From positions 1-55,457 of the forward strand of contig NW_021833771.1 of NCBI RefSeq assembly GCF_006345805.1: 55,457 nt of DNA, read 5' to 3'. Below the pieces are notes generated by a model. It saw only the letters and a program-made list of their open reading frames with translations, had not been told where the DNA came from and did not search any database. Shown one piece after another: positions 1 to 13,870 of this stretch. Numbering within the stretch: the stretch's first letter is position 1; each line of letters starts with the position of its first letter. The position numbers and the translations under genes were made by a program. Source of the stretch: Octopus sinensis (lineage: Eukaryota).

Positions 1-201
1 TACACAAACATATACACTCACACCCATACATATATATACATATATACGACCGGTTTCTTTCAGTTTCCCTCTACCAAATCCACTCACAAGGCTTTGGTCG
101 GCCCGTGGCTATAGTAGAGGACACTTGCCCAAAATACTACGCAGAGGGACTGAACCCGGAACCATGTGGTTAGTAAACAAGCTTCTTACCACACAGCCAC
201 T
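1..201 (-). mobile_element. SINE family A (tRNA-derived head, CORE-like CCTTGGGCAAGTG motif), 5' half, truncated by window edge
   Basis: Reverse complement matches the head of the full copy at 23659 (AGTGGCTGTGTGGTAAG..GGTTCAGTCCC..TTGGGCAAGTGTC..GTGGATTTGGTAGA). Confidence 0.9.
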
Positions 202-888
202 AGAAAATAATTTTAGGAATACTATTTCTTGTCAGGTCGTTTTCCTGTACAACATTCCGTACAACATTCCCTGTGTTTTTATTATATCAATGGTGGGTTC
301 GTATGCGAGCGATTTTGCTTGTTTAGTTTAAATTTGCCGATTACGAGCATTTAGAGTAGGTTTGGAACGTTAATGTACATCCACGTTTATTTTATCGTAA
401 CTATTACAGGATATCTTGTTGCCATGTGGTGTATTGTCTCTGGAAAAGCTCCCCATGGCTTGTATCTTTGCACGATTTATGGATATACCTTTCTATGTGT
501 CTAGTAACGAGAGTCTTTTCCTGTTTCGCAACAGTTTATGCATTTTCTACTGCTCCCAGAGTGGATTTGTGCTTCCAGGTCATTGATAAAGAGTAATTTA
601 CTGACATTCAATTCATGTGATTATTGCACATGTACAGACAAACCATTAATATTGTTTGTTGCTGTTGTGTTTTGAGTACTATCGCCTTTCCTGATGCATT
701 AAGGTTAGACTTCCTTGTTCCGATGCTAAATGGAGTCTTGTGAGAGATCATTGCGGACGTATCTGATTAAAGTTTCTGTATTACATTCATCGAGACCACA
801 CAGGGTGTCTGCTTGTAAGTTGTAAAGATATTGGGTAACATAATAATACCTTCTTACATTACTCTCTCTTTCTCTCTCTTATATATAT

Positions 889-923
<35 letters not shown>

Positions 924-954
<31 letters not shown>

Positions 955-1386
955 GATAGAGAGAGATAGAGAGATAGAGAGAGATAGATAGATAGAGATA
1001 GAGAGAGAGATAGATAGAGATAGATAGATAGAGAGAGAGATAGATAATAGAGTAGATAGATAGAGATAGATAGATAGAGATAGATAGATAGAGATAGAAG
1101 ATAGATAGATAGATAGAGATAGATAGATAGATATAGATAGATAGATAGATAGATAGATAGAGATAGATAGATAGAGATAGATAGAGATAGATAGATAGAT
1201 AGATAGATAGAGATAGATAGATAGAGATAGATAGATAGAGATAGAGAGATAGATAGATAGAGATAGATAGATAGAGATAGATAGATAGAGATAGATAGAT
1301 AGAGATAGATAGATAGAGATAGATAGATAGAGATAGATAGATAGAGATAGATAGATAGAGATAGATAGATAGAGATAGATAGATAG

Positions 1387-1481
<95 letters not shown>

Positions 1482-1685
1482 GATAGATAGATAGAGATAG
1501 ATAGATAGATAGATAGAGATAGATAGATAGATAGATAGAGATAGATAGATAGATAGAGATAGATAGATAGAGATAGATAGATAGAGATAGATAGATAGAG
1601 ATAGATAGATAGAGATAGATAGATAGATAGATAGAGATAGATAGATAGAGATTTAGATAGAGAGAGATTTAGATATAGACAGATA
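924..1685. repeat. (GATA)n/(GA)n compound microsatellite with frequent 10-bp GATAGATAGA period
   Basis: Read directly from the sequence. Confidence 0.97.
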
Positions 1686-2128
1686 GTTATATTGTTTCGA
1701 CCACTACTGCACAGTTACTGGCTGTCAGAAATATTTGTTGTATTGTTAATAGATTTCTCGTAATTCCGCCTATGAAATTTACTTCTTCTACATCCTAGTA
1801 AAAAACTGAAGCCATACATTATTTTATATCATTTGCCATAAAGGCAGTACACAGACAGAAGCTTCCGGGCTGGACACGGACATTAATGGGATGAATGATA
1901 ATGATACAAGGATGATAAGGATGGGAGAAGAGAGAAAGTGCCCGCCGACCCTCTGCTTCTGTATAACGTTCTTTTAAAAAAAAAAAACACTGAATGAGGT
2001 ATTAACCCTCTTACAATTTTATAAAAAGTTCATTACAAATGCTGACCGATACTGCAAATTTATTGATGGTGCCGACAGTCCCCTAGCTATTGAGATGAGG
2101 TTTTAATATTCTTGAGGCAGACATTAAT

Positions 2129-2270
2129 GCGGCAAGGTGGCAGAATTGTTAGTAAGCCGAGCAACATGCTTAGCGGTATTTTGTTCGTCTTTATGTTCTA
2201 AGTTCAAATTCGGCTGAGGTCGACATTGTCTTTCATCCTTTTAGTGTCGATAAAATAACTACCATTTGAG
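2129..2270 (+). mobile_element. SINE family B, degenerate copy
   Basis: GGCAGAATTGTTAG..GCTTAGCGGTATTT..GTTCAAATTC..GAGGTCGAC..CTTTCATCCTTT matches the copy at 39177. Confidence 0.8.
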
Positions 2271-2948
2271 TAGCGATAATCGAGGTAAACGATTGACTCT
2301 TCTCCCGGACTTGCTGGACTCATGCCAAAATTTGAAAGCAATGTTTTGGGGCAGACAAATTTCTATTTAAGCTTATTTAAACTACGTACTCAATTACACA
2401 TACACTCACCCTGGACCACTTATTTGTACAAGACTGGTGTACGTATCTTCTGCATTATCTGCCCATCCCTGCATCCCAAATCATTTGCCTCACCGGTTAA
2501 TCTGCCTCGGTTTATTCTCGTTTTGTCTTTCTTTAAACTTCTTCAGAGCAAAGAGCCATTTAAAATTGATAAAAAAAATATGCTTGATTATAGTAACAAA
2601 ACTCTCAAGATGGTGTTTCTTTGCAGCTAGTAGGCATTATTTATTTGCATTTAATATTATTTTTAGCAGGTTTTATTTTTAAAATGTCGGTTGGTTCCAA
2701 CCTACATTCTTAGGTAAAACGTATTTAATTTTACCATCATATTTTTAAAATGGCCCGAGATGAAAAACCAAAACCCAATTAACAAAATTATTCTAAAAAA
2801 GATATCAAGGAAATAGACGTTAAAATAAACCAAAAAACATTCTGCTCACTGAAGACGAAATAAAAGTTACAAGATTAAAAAGAAATAAATTTACTGTGTC
2901 ATATAACTTCTGAACTTTAAGCAAGCATCGTGAAGTCTACTCGTAGGT

Positions 2949-3344
2949 GTGGAGGTGCAATGGCCCAGTGATTAGGGCAGCGGCCACGCGGTCGTAGGAT
3001 CGCGGTTTCGATTCCCAGACCGGGCGTTGTGAGTGTTTATTGAGCGAAAACACCTAAAGCTCCACGAGGCTCCGGCAGGGGATGGTGGTGATCCCTGCTG
3101 TACTCTTTCACCACAACTTTCTCTCACTCTTACTTCCTGTTCCTGTTTCTGTTGTACCTGTATTTCAAAGGGCCGGCCTTGTCACTCTCTGTGTCACGCT
3201 GAATATCCCCGAGAACTACGTTAAGGGTACACGTGTCTGTGGAGTGCTCAGCCACTTACACGTTAATTTCACGAGCAGGCTGTTCCGTTGATTCGGATCA
3301 ACCGGAACCCTCGTCGTCGTAACCGACGGAGTGCTTCCACCCAT
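2949..3344 (+). mobile_element. SINE family C, full length, with 8-bp TSD
   Basis: A box TGGCCCAGTGA, B box GGTTTCGATTCC; TCGTAGGT at 2941-2948 and 3345-3352; highly similar to the copies at 26672 and 49191. Confidence 0.93.
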
Positions 3345-3374
3345 TCGTAGGTATGAATGCGTTGTCAAAAGTTC

Positions 3375-3491
3375 GCATTGCATGACTGTGGTTTCTGCTG
3401 CATGAAACCTTGGGCAAGTATATTCTTCTATATCGCCTGTTGATCAATGCCTTCGTAGTCAATTTTGTTAAGGAAACTGTGAGGAGACGTC

Positions 3492-3495
<4 letters not shown>
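3375..3495 (+). mobile_element. SINE family A, degenerate fragment between the inverted family C copies
   Basis: CCTTGGGCAAGTA..GGAAACTGTGAGGAGACGTCGTATATA resembles the family A body. Confidence 0.6.
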
Positions 3496-3520
<25 letters not shown>

Positions 3521-3523
<3 letters not shown>

Positions 3524-3893
3524 GGAGCACTGCGTCGGTTACGACGACGAGGGTTCCGGTTGATGCGATCAACGGAACAGCCTGCTCGTGAAATTAACGT
3601 GTAAGTAGCTGAGCACTCCACAGACACGTGTACCCTTAACGTAGTTCTCGGGGATATTCAGCGTGACGCAGAGAGTGACAAGGCCGGCCCTTTGAAATAC
3701 AGGTACAACAGAAACAGGAAGTAAGAGTGAAGGAAAGTTGTGGTGAAAGAGTACAGCAGAGATCACCACTATCCCCTGCCGGAGCCTCGTGGAGCTTTAG
3801 GTGTTTTCGCTCAATAAACACTCACAACGCGAGTGTTTATAAACACACAACGACCGCGAGTCCGCTGCCCTAACCACTGGGCCATTGCACCTC

Positions 3894-3896
<3 letters not shown>
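3521..3896 (-). mobile_element. SINE family C, inverted relative to the 2949 copy, B box replaced
   Basis: Reverse complement of the 2949 copy over about 370 bp; flanked by (TA)n on both sides. Confidence 0.93.
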
Positions 3897-3944
<48 letters not shown>

Positions 3945-4174
3945 GGGGTGCTGAAAAGCTCCTAACTATCGCGAAGAGGCTCAACCTTCCGAGTTCTTTC
4001 ATAGAACTTAGAAAACTGCAATAAGTATGTGAATCTGATTGAGGAATACGTTGGATAAAATAATAATTAACTGATCCTCCTGTATTTTCATTCACCCAAA
4101 GCCAAGAACTTTTTAGCACTCCCTTGTACATGTGTGTGTGTGCGTCTTTGTGCCTGAGTTATTGAGCTCCATCT

Positions 4175-4357
4175 GTTTCTTTACTACCCACAAGGGGATA
4201 AGCATAGAGGGGACAAACAAGAGCAAACAAACGGATTAAGTCGATTACATCGACCCCAGTGTGTAAGTGGTACTTACTTAATTTATCAACCCCGAAAGGA
4301 TGATAGGCAAAGTCGACCTCGGCGGAATTTGAACTCAGAACGTAAGGGCAGACGAAC
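4175..4357 (-). mobile_element. SINE family B, 5'-truncated
   Basis: CCCACAAGGGG..GTCGATTACATCGACCCCAG..CCCCGAAAGGATG..GTCGACCTCGGCGGAATTTGAACTCAG. Confidence 0.9.
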
Positions 4358-4924
4358 ACCATATGCCAACCAGCGTTGTTTTGTTTACCCCCGTAATTTA
4401 GACTTTCGTCAGATACCGATAAAAAAAAGTTGCAGAACTTAAAAACAAAAACATAAATTCTAAGGTAGATTTCTTTTGACTTAAATCTTTCAAGATGATG
4501 CCCCAACATGGATGGAAGACAATGAGCGAAATGATTAAAAGATGCAAGACAAACGTTAAATGATTTCTGCTCGTCAAATTCCAATGCCCACGAATAACTG
4601 GATAATTGATATTTTGCTTAGCTATTCTAATTTTGTAAACGATCTGGGTAACGATAAAACTAGTATATACTATCACACAAAATGCAATTGTACGCAAACA
4701 AATCCTTCACTAATTGAAACAATGCATAGAATTCCTCCTCGCTTTGAACATCTCTCATCTAGATAAAAATAATGAACCATCTGTACAAGTGCTTCATTAG
4801 TTGCAATTCTCAAAACGTGTGTCAATTCCTCTCACTAATCAAATAATTTAACTGTTCGTTATTATTATTATAAAGGAAGCCGTAGGGTGAAACAAATGGT
4901 ACATATGTAACTATCTATCATCAT

Positions 4925-5037
4925 TTTTGAAACAAATACACACGCGCGTATATACACATATACATACACATATATAAATGCACGTATCCGCACACATATA
5001 TACATGCACGTATGCATACAAGTATGTATATACATAT

Positions 5038-5117
<80 letters not shown>

Positions 5118-5636
5118 CATATACATACTTATAGATGCACATATATAAATGCACATATCTGCACGCATATATACATGCACATAGATACAGCATACATGCA
5201 TATGCACATACGTTCATGTGGTGTGCATATACGGAGATGAATAGTTAGATAAGATGCAGTGATATGTAGACAAATGCTCTGTTAACGAGCAAAAGACACT
5301 TGGTTTCGATCCCACTGTTTGGCAACTTGTGTTTTAAGATAGTCTTCGAAAAACCGAAAGTCTAATAGTGCAGTCAAGTGAGATAAAATATGAAACCAGG
5401 AAAATATAGATTAAAAATTCCTCAAGAGTGCAGGGGAAATAAGATTGTAAGTCTGATTGCAATAGCGAAATATGGTCAGAGTAGAATTGATTACGAAATA
5501 GCAGCAACAGATAAAGTTCAAGAAATTGAACGAACAACAGGAACGAAAATGGTTGAACGCTGTGTGAACGCAATCTCAAACCCATCATAGACATACGTTT
5601 TGGCACATATGCGTATAAGTGCGTGTATAAAAGTAC

Positions 5637-5671
<35 letters not shown>

Positions 5672-5933
5672 TGTATAAACATATACACACACTTACAGAC
5701 ACATGCACAAGCATACATACAAACTCCACGAGCAGCATTGAAATTCTATCCACAAGGATTTTTTCAACACAATATTTACATGCTATTATAAATAGCTTTA
5801 TGCGTGTGCTTCGAGATGTTCAATAAAAAGTGGTTTAGATCACGCTCTCTCGAACGTTTTTAAAATTCTTATGACGTCAACAAAACATACATACATACAT
5901 ATATATATATATATGCATACAAATACATCAAAT

Positions 5934-5976
<43 letters not shown>

Positions 5977-6947
5977 ATGTATGCTGTTGCCTGAGTACCT
6001 ACATATATATATATACATATGTTGCGTGCCTCATATTTTTTTTTGCAATGCTTTAATATTAAAAATTAATGCCTCACTGAACGCAGATCATATTCTGCTG
6101 TTACATTTTTCATATTCCGCTTGATAAAACTTGATAAAACTTATCAGATATTTTCTTTGTTCTCTTAAGTCTCTTCTTCGAATTCCTATTTTCATTTTAT
6201 CTTTATTTTATTTATATTGCTGGGTGGGCAAGGAATCAGATATCCAACATAGAAAGTCTACATTTCTTTCTTAGATACTACAAAACAAACTGCGTAATCT
6301 CTCGCTTGTAGACACACGCACATAGACTAAAAAGTGCCAGATGTATAGAAGAGAGACAGACAGCTTTTTGTACAGTTTCTTCTTAGTCCAAGCCTTAGAT
6401 AAATATCAAATGTACATCAATGATATGTTCTTGGCATCAACTTATTGTTATCTCATGTTCTTCTGTATTAATACTTCTTTCCGTCAGAAAATGAAAATGT
6501 GATGATGAGAGATGCATATAGCTGTATTATTACATATCTCTCTCTCTCTCTCGTTGGGTTTCTTACTTTAACATACAACGTTTCACTCTCCTACTTGTCC
6601 TTGCTCTCTCATACACGCTCTCCCTCAACATACATAGAGACATGAATACTTATACATACATTCATATATATAATGTGTATGTATATATATGGATGTATAT
6701 ATATGAATATATGTATATGTATTATATATACACATATATATATATGATTGATTGATTATAATCTCTTTAGCATATGTATCTCGAGACACAAATGCACATA
6801 TACACACAAGACATATACATTTGTATGTGTGGGTGTATTTGTGTGTGTATACATGTATATATATATATGTGTGTGTATACATGTATATATATATGTGTGT
6901 GTATACATGTGTATATATGTGTGTGTGTGTGTGTGTGTGTATACATG

Positions 6948-7006
<59 letters not shown>

Positions 7007-7431
7007 ATGTGTTCACAACAAAGATAGCACGCATACAGAAACACACATGCGCACATATATACACACAGACGCACACACATCAGCCCATGCCAGTGAGTAA
7101 ATACGTGGGTGTGTAGGTATGTGCGTGCCTGTGAGTTTAGAAAATGGTTTAAGATCAATGAGATCTGTGTTCTCACTGATATTTAAACAAAAAAATATAA
7201 CTTACATTTATTTGCAAGCTGTATAACTTGTAATGATCAACAATATCGATACGGTCATATATTTATCAATAAAAGAATATTTATATGCATTTATACATAA
7301 ATATATATATATACATAGATATATATATATATATTATATATAAACGGCGGTGCATTAGCATGGCCGAAGCTCTGAGCTGAAACTAGAAGAAAAAAATATA
7401 TATATATACATATATATATAAATATATACAC

Positions 7432-7462
<31 letters not shown>

Positions 7463-7533
7463 TATATATATACACATATATATATATATATACACATATA
7501 TATATATATATACACATATATATATATATACAC

Positions 7534-7566
<33 letters not shown>

Positions 7567-7770
7567 TATATTATAACATATATATACATACACACATATA
7601 TATATATACATATACACATATATATATACATATACACACATATATATATATATACGTATACACACACATATATATATAACACGTATACACACACATATAT
7701 ATATATACATATACACATATATATATATATACATATACACATATATATATACACATATATATATATACAT
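4925..7770. repeat. Several (TA)n/(CA)n/(TG)n microsatellite blocks (about 4925-5210, 5630-6020, 6640-7030, 7290-7770)
   Basis: Read directly from the sequence; source of the YIYI-type ORFs. Confidence 0.95.
7346..7396 (+). mobile_element. Isolated SINE/LINE 3' tail fragment inside a TA array
   Basis: GGCGGTGCATTAGCATGGCCGAAGC..CTGAAACTAGAAGAAAA resembles the family A tail GGCGGTGCTCCAGCATGGCCGCAG..CTGAAACAAG. Confidence 0.55.
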
Positions 7771-10700
7771 CAGGGGCGTGCACTCTCAGCAATGCAAGGT
7801 ATGCGCTGCATGCCTTCCTTGTTTCAAAGAAAATACGTCCAGTTGTTTTAGAAATATTGTCTCCACTTCGTACATCTGCTTTGATAAATGCTTTTAGAAG
7901 ATCGCATGATACACACTCCCTCTCTGTCTGTATTAGTTTGTCCTTCCTTCCTCTCTCTCTCTCTCTATCTTAGTGACTCGATAAATTTATCGCTTATCAT
8001 GCGTTGGGAAGACAGCATGAGTCCCTTCTCTATGTCTTTGATAGTTTGTCTCTTCCCTCTTTCTTGTTTAAAAGATATACAACGAGGAATGGTCACCCCC
8101 TTTCTCTCAGCGATTCGACAAATTCAGTTTGGCGTGTCATGCTGTGCTAAAATCGCATTTCACGCCTCTCTGGCTATTTTGACCGGAACAAAAGCCGTCC
8201 CATAATTCTTGTTTTAGCCAGCTGAAATGTTGGAATAGCCTTCGCATGTAAGTTTGAAATTTTTTATCCAAAACATCCGTTTGCACTATCATATTTTTAG
8301 AAAGTTTTGAAAGCAAAAATATCTACATTATATTTCTTATTTTAGAAATAGCTAATTAATCTTAAATTAATTTAACAAAGGGTATTTTTCCGTTTTGTTG
8401 AAATTGACTTAAAATTTACGCCGGCGCTTCCACGTGGGTCCTTAAATAAGAGCAGCCTTTTTCAAAATGAGTGAAATGTGTGCTATAAACGATATTTTGA
8501 GAACTAGTTTTTCTAAAAGGGACTTCGATGGGAAAAAATTAATTATAAATCGCGGGAGACCAACACCGAATTTACCTAATTTGCGAAGCTACAACAAGAA
8601 ATTCACGAGACAATTTCAGGTTAATTCGTATGAAAAGAAGAAATGGTTAACTGGAAGTGTTGCTCTTAATAAATTATTCTGTTGGCCGTGTTTACTTTTT
8701 GGCTTAGAAAAAATGTTTGGAATGATAAAGGCTATGATGATTTAAATAATTTACATATGGCTATGCTAAAGCACGAGCGTTCTCAAAGGCATATAAAATG
8801 TTTGATAGACCTTAAAATATTCGGGAATGTTCGCATAGACTTACAATTAGATGCACGTAAAAATCTAAGCATACAACAGCATAATGAGAAAGTTCGACGA
8901 AACAGATCCATTCTGCAACGATTGATCGATGTTGTTATTTTTTTAGGCCTCCAGGAATTATCGTTTCGGGGTCATTTTGAATCTGAAGGCTCTAATAATC
9001 GGGGAAATTATAAAGAACTCGTTTATTTGATCAGTAAGTATGACAAACAAATGGAAAGTCATTTAGATACAGCTTCTATCTTCACTGGTCTGTCGAAGCA
9101 ATTCATAAAGTTATGTTGAATGAGATGCAGAAGGAAATTGACCAAGCTAAGTTTGTTTCTATTCTTGTTGATGAGACATCTGATGTCTCAGCATCTTCAC
9201 AACTGTCAATAGTTTTACGTTATGTTACAGAAGACTGTGTGACGAAAGAACGATTTATCGGTTTTAGTGATGTTAGTGCAGATCGATCTGCAAATGCTTT
9301 ATCTGAACATGTTTTTAAATGCATTGAGACGTAGGAATGTGGAAACAAATTGATTGCGCAGACATATGATGGTGCCGCTACAATGGCAGGACAACTAAAT
9401 GGGTTACAGGCAAAAGTAAGAAAGAAATATGAATGTGCGATCTTTATTCATTGTTGTGCCCATATCCTAAATTTAGTTCTTTCACAATCATGCTCTGCTA
9501 TGAAAGAATGCAAGATATTTTTTTCTACAATAAACGGACTCGGTACATTTTTTACGAAATCACCGAAAAGGACTAATGCATTAGATAATATTGTTAAAAA
9601 AAGATTTCCGAAAGCAACAGCAACTAGATGGAATTACTCCTCACGTCTTATTATTACCACAAAGGAAAATTATAATTTCATAATCAGCCTTTTTGAACAC
9701 ATCATTGAAAATCCTGAAGCATGGGATGATATCACCATAAATTCAGCAATTGGATTCTTACACACTTTAAAAGCTCCTGATTTCTTATTTTTGTTAGAGG
9801 TATTCAGTGACATTTTTTCTTTTACTGACGTCTTATTTAACATACTCCAGAGTAAAAGTCATGACATAGTGTATTGTAAACAGCAAATAGATAAAACTAG
9901 AACTGTACTCGAAAACAAACTTGATAATTTTTCAGTCTTTTATGATAGGTTAGGGGAAAAATATGGAGTCGATGCAGGAATCGGAATTCAGAGATCCAAG
10001 AATATATCTATTGATCCCCAACGACATTATAGAACGCTTTATAACAAAATTATAAGTACAATAGTTGACCAAATAAAAGCACGATATTCATCCTTAGAAG
10101 AGTTTAAATTCATGGAACTTTTGAATTTCAACAAAGTTGATGAGTATTGCAAACAATTTCCTGTGGACTCTTTAGATTCTTTAAGAACAACTTATGGCAG
10201 ATTTTTTGATGTAATACGATTACAAAGTGAGCTCAATGTGATGTATTCAATGAAAGATTTTAAAAAACCAAGTGTAAGTCATTTAATGAGTTACATTAAC
10301 AGCACTGATCTTGTTGAAGCTATGCCAGAACTCTTCAATCTGTGCAAGTTGATTTTGACAATTCCGTCTACCACTGCTTCTGTAGAGCGATCCTTTTCTG
10401 CATTAAGTAGAATTAAAACATACCAAAGAAATGCGACAGGAGAAAGAAGGCTGTCTGGGTTAGCACTAATGTCAATTGAAAAAGATTTATTACAAGAATT
10501 GATGAAAAGAGAAGATTTCTATGAAAATGTGATAGATATATTTGCCCAGAAAGATCGAAGAATTGAATTAATTTATAAATGAGCTAAATAACATTTTAAA
10601 ACATAAAAAAAATATATTAAAGAGCATATATTACAGGTTTTGCTAAGTGTTTGTTATAACGTAAGGTTCGACCTTCTTACATCAGTATTGTTTCGCAGGA

Positions 10701-11529
10701 GAAATGTTTTGATTTCTTCGTGAAACCTAACCTACATAGATTTCCCTTTCTGTGCTGCTGGGTGTAGTCTATTTACGGCCGTAAATAAGTGTTTTGTTTC
10801 ACTTTCAATAAGTGTCTTGTTTCAATCTCAGAGATGTTGACTTCTGCCAGAACAGTTTTGGGAGGCTTTTTACAATGTTGAATTTTCGCTGTCTTTCATT
10901 GTGTGCGTATTCATGTATATGCGTGTATTTTCAATGTTTATGCGTGAGACGTAGTCCTTTAATGTACGGAGTTCAGTAAGTCTCAGAACAGTCAATAATT
11001 TTCCCGGAATTGACAAGTAGCATGATAAAGAACCTGACTTGTCTTCGAGAGGGTAACGATCTAAAACCATGGCCATATAATGTAACTAAATGTGTTCTTT
11101 TAATTAAATCATTTCATTCAGCTCAACCGATAGGTATAGGGGCTAATGCAGAATCGCACCCCTTTGAAAAACGAATTTATGTGAAAATTTTTTTTCGGAT
11201 TCCTACCTTTAACAGAGATTCTGAATATGCAAAAATATTGACAGAATCCAATTTCATCTTTATTACATTTCACTTATGATTTTTAGACTTTTCTAAGGGA
11301 GAATGAGGATGGGAAAGTACTGACGTTTCGAAGAGCAAAGAATAATACAAACAATACACTTATTTCAGGATCATCTCTGCACAGCCATTTTTTATACCCT
11401 GTTTATTCTGCATATTCAGAATCTCTTATATGTAAATCGTAGGAATAGGAAAATGTTTTACTGAAAAATTGCCGGGGGGGGGATGAAATTAATTGCATGC
11501 CCAACGCCGGAAGTCACCGCACGCCACTG
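7771..11529 (+). mobile_element. hAT-superfamily DNA transposon, complete ends
   Basis: Left end CAGGGGCGTGC; right end reverse-complements to CAGTGGCGTGC (10/11); 8-bp TSD ATATACAT at 7763-7770 and 11530-11537; encodes a hAT transposase. Confidence 0.95.
8467..10582 (+). pseudogene. hAT transposase (ZMYM1-like/PRKRIR-like type), disrupted
   Basis: Four ORF pieces: LFCWPCLLF, LSFRGHFES..NRGNYKEL, ILVDETSD, QTYDGA, IHCCAH, TRWN, TASVERSFSAL.RIKT. Lesions: apparent 1-bp loss in the A run near 8710, frameshifting deletion near 9095, in-frame TAG at 9332-9334. Confidence 0.93.
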
Positions 11530-11858
11530 ATATACATATACACATATATATATATATACATATACACATATATATATACATACACATATATATATATATA
11601 CATATACACACATATATATATATATATATATACGTATATACATACATATATATATATATATATATACGTATATACATACATATATATATATATACGTATA
11701 TACATACATATATATATATATATATATACGTATATACATACATATATATATATATACACATATACACATATATATATATATATATACACATATATAATAT
11801 ATATATATACACATATATATATATATATATACACATATATATATATATACACATATAC

Positions 11859-11897
<39 letters not shown>

Positions 11898-12819
11898 CAT
11901 ATATATTATATATATATATATATACATACATATATATATACAACATATATATATATATACACATATATATATCATATATATATATACACATATATATATA
12001 TATATACACACATATATATATATACACACACATATATATATATAATATACACACATATATATATATATATATACACACATATATATATATATATACACAC
12101 TATATATATATATATACACACATATATATATATATATACCACATATATATATATATCACACATATATATATATATATACACCATATATATATACCACATA
12201 TATATATATATAGATATATACACACACATATATATATATATACACACATATATATATATATACACACATATATATATATATACACACACATATATATATA
12301 TATACACATATATATATATAATATATATATATATACACATATATATAATATATATATACACATATATATATATATAACACATATATATATACACATATAT
12401 ATATTACACATATATACATATATATATATACATATATATATTATATATATACACATATATACATATATATATATACATATATATACACACACATATATAT
12501 ATATACACATATATATACATATATATATACATATAATATATACATACACATATATATATATACACACATATATACATATATATATATACATACACATATA
12601 TATATACACACATATAATATACATATATATATATATATACACATACACATATATATACATACACATATATATATATACACACATATGTATACACATATAT
12701 ACATATATATACACACACATATATATATACACACATATATACATACACACATATATACACATACACATATATATATATATATTACACATATATATACACA
12801 TATATATATACACATATAC

Positions 12820-12850
<31 letters not shown>

Positions 12851-12969
12851 CATATATATATCACATATATATATATATATACATATATATAACACATATA
12901 TATATATATATATATACATATATATATACACATTATATATATATATATATATATACATATATATATACC

Positions 12970-13002
<33 letters not shown>

Positions 13003-13260
13003 TATATACACATATATATATATATATACACACATATATACATATATATTATATATATATAACATATATATATATAATATATATATATATACACACATAT
13101 ACATATATATACACTCATATATATATATATTACACATACGTATATATATTTATATGCATATATACACACACGTACACACATATATAAACGCATATATGTG
13201 TGCGTGCGCCTCTGTGTGTGTGTGTGTGTGAGAGTGCACACACACACACACACACACGTA
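11530..13260. repeat. Long (TA)n/(CA) interrupted microsatellite, continuation of the array left of the hAT
   Basis: Same TATATACACA-type units on both sides of the transposon. Confidence 0.97.
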
Positions 13261-13484
13261 TATGAAGGTTTCTACTTCAGCATGTGTGCCTAGAGATTAG
13301 AACACTCGTGATTATGCGAGCAAAATCTTCTTACCGAAATACTGAATATACAAATCTACTAAGTTCTGAATCTGTAAAGCAAAAAATTATTCCCGGTTTC
13401 ATCAAAACATACGTGTGGGGCTGGGGTGGGGGTAACTGTATTGTATGTTAATCTGCTCTATATCTACTCTATATACTCAGGTTT

Positions 13485-13515
<31 letters not shown>

Positions 13516-13579
13516 TTAGAGATAGAGAGGTGAATGAGAAAAGTCCGTAATTAAATTTATAAGTGGAGAAACAGATGCA

Positions 13580-13870
13580 TAGATAAATAGATAGATAGAT
13601 TGCTTTATTGGCCACGCAGGGCTGCACACAGAAGGGACAAAATACAAAGTAGAGCGTTTCTTTTTGAGAAGAAGTGAAGGGGGAAAAAAACGGTCGGATT
13701 CCGATCAAATGGGATAGTGAAAAAAAAAGTGCGGACGATCGATAGGCATCGTGTATCACAGAAATGTCAATGTAAAAGGGAAAACAGATTAGGTTTGTCC
13801 GTGGATAGAAAAGCCTAGGGAAAAGACCACGGAAACCTTGGGCAACAGTGTCATGCAAAAAGAGAACACC
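13580..13870 (-). mobile_element. Putative LINE 3' UTR fragment (family D), copy 1
   Basis: CTTTATTGGCCAC(G/A)CAGGGCTGCACACAGA..AAGTAGAGC also present at 14105 and 48285; on the minus strand it ends AATAAAG followed by (TATC)n. Confidence 0.55.

Noticed and set aside
240-870. Non-microsatellite stretch that might be a decayed Penelope/GIY-YIG ORF
   Set aside because: Stops in the minus-strand frames and no diagnostic motif I could confirm.
2949-3025. tRNA-like sequences at SINE heads (also 23659, 39177, 49191)
   Set aside because: They have A and B boxes but no complete cloverleaf and continue into SINE bodies; they are not tRNA genes.
11315-11375. Minus-strand GCTCTTC-GAAACGTC resembling the 3' half of a hammerhead
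   Set aside because: No CTGANGA or matching stem II arm upstream (reads CTGAAATAAG).
11458-13253. Long ORFs up to 345 aa (YIYI/HIYI); similar ones near 4868, 6625, 7291, 14400, 30299, 36878 and 50783
   Set aside because: Translations of stop-poor microsatellites with no protein-like composition.
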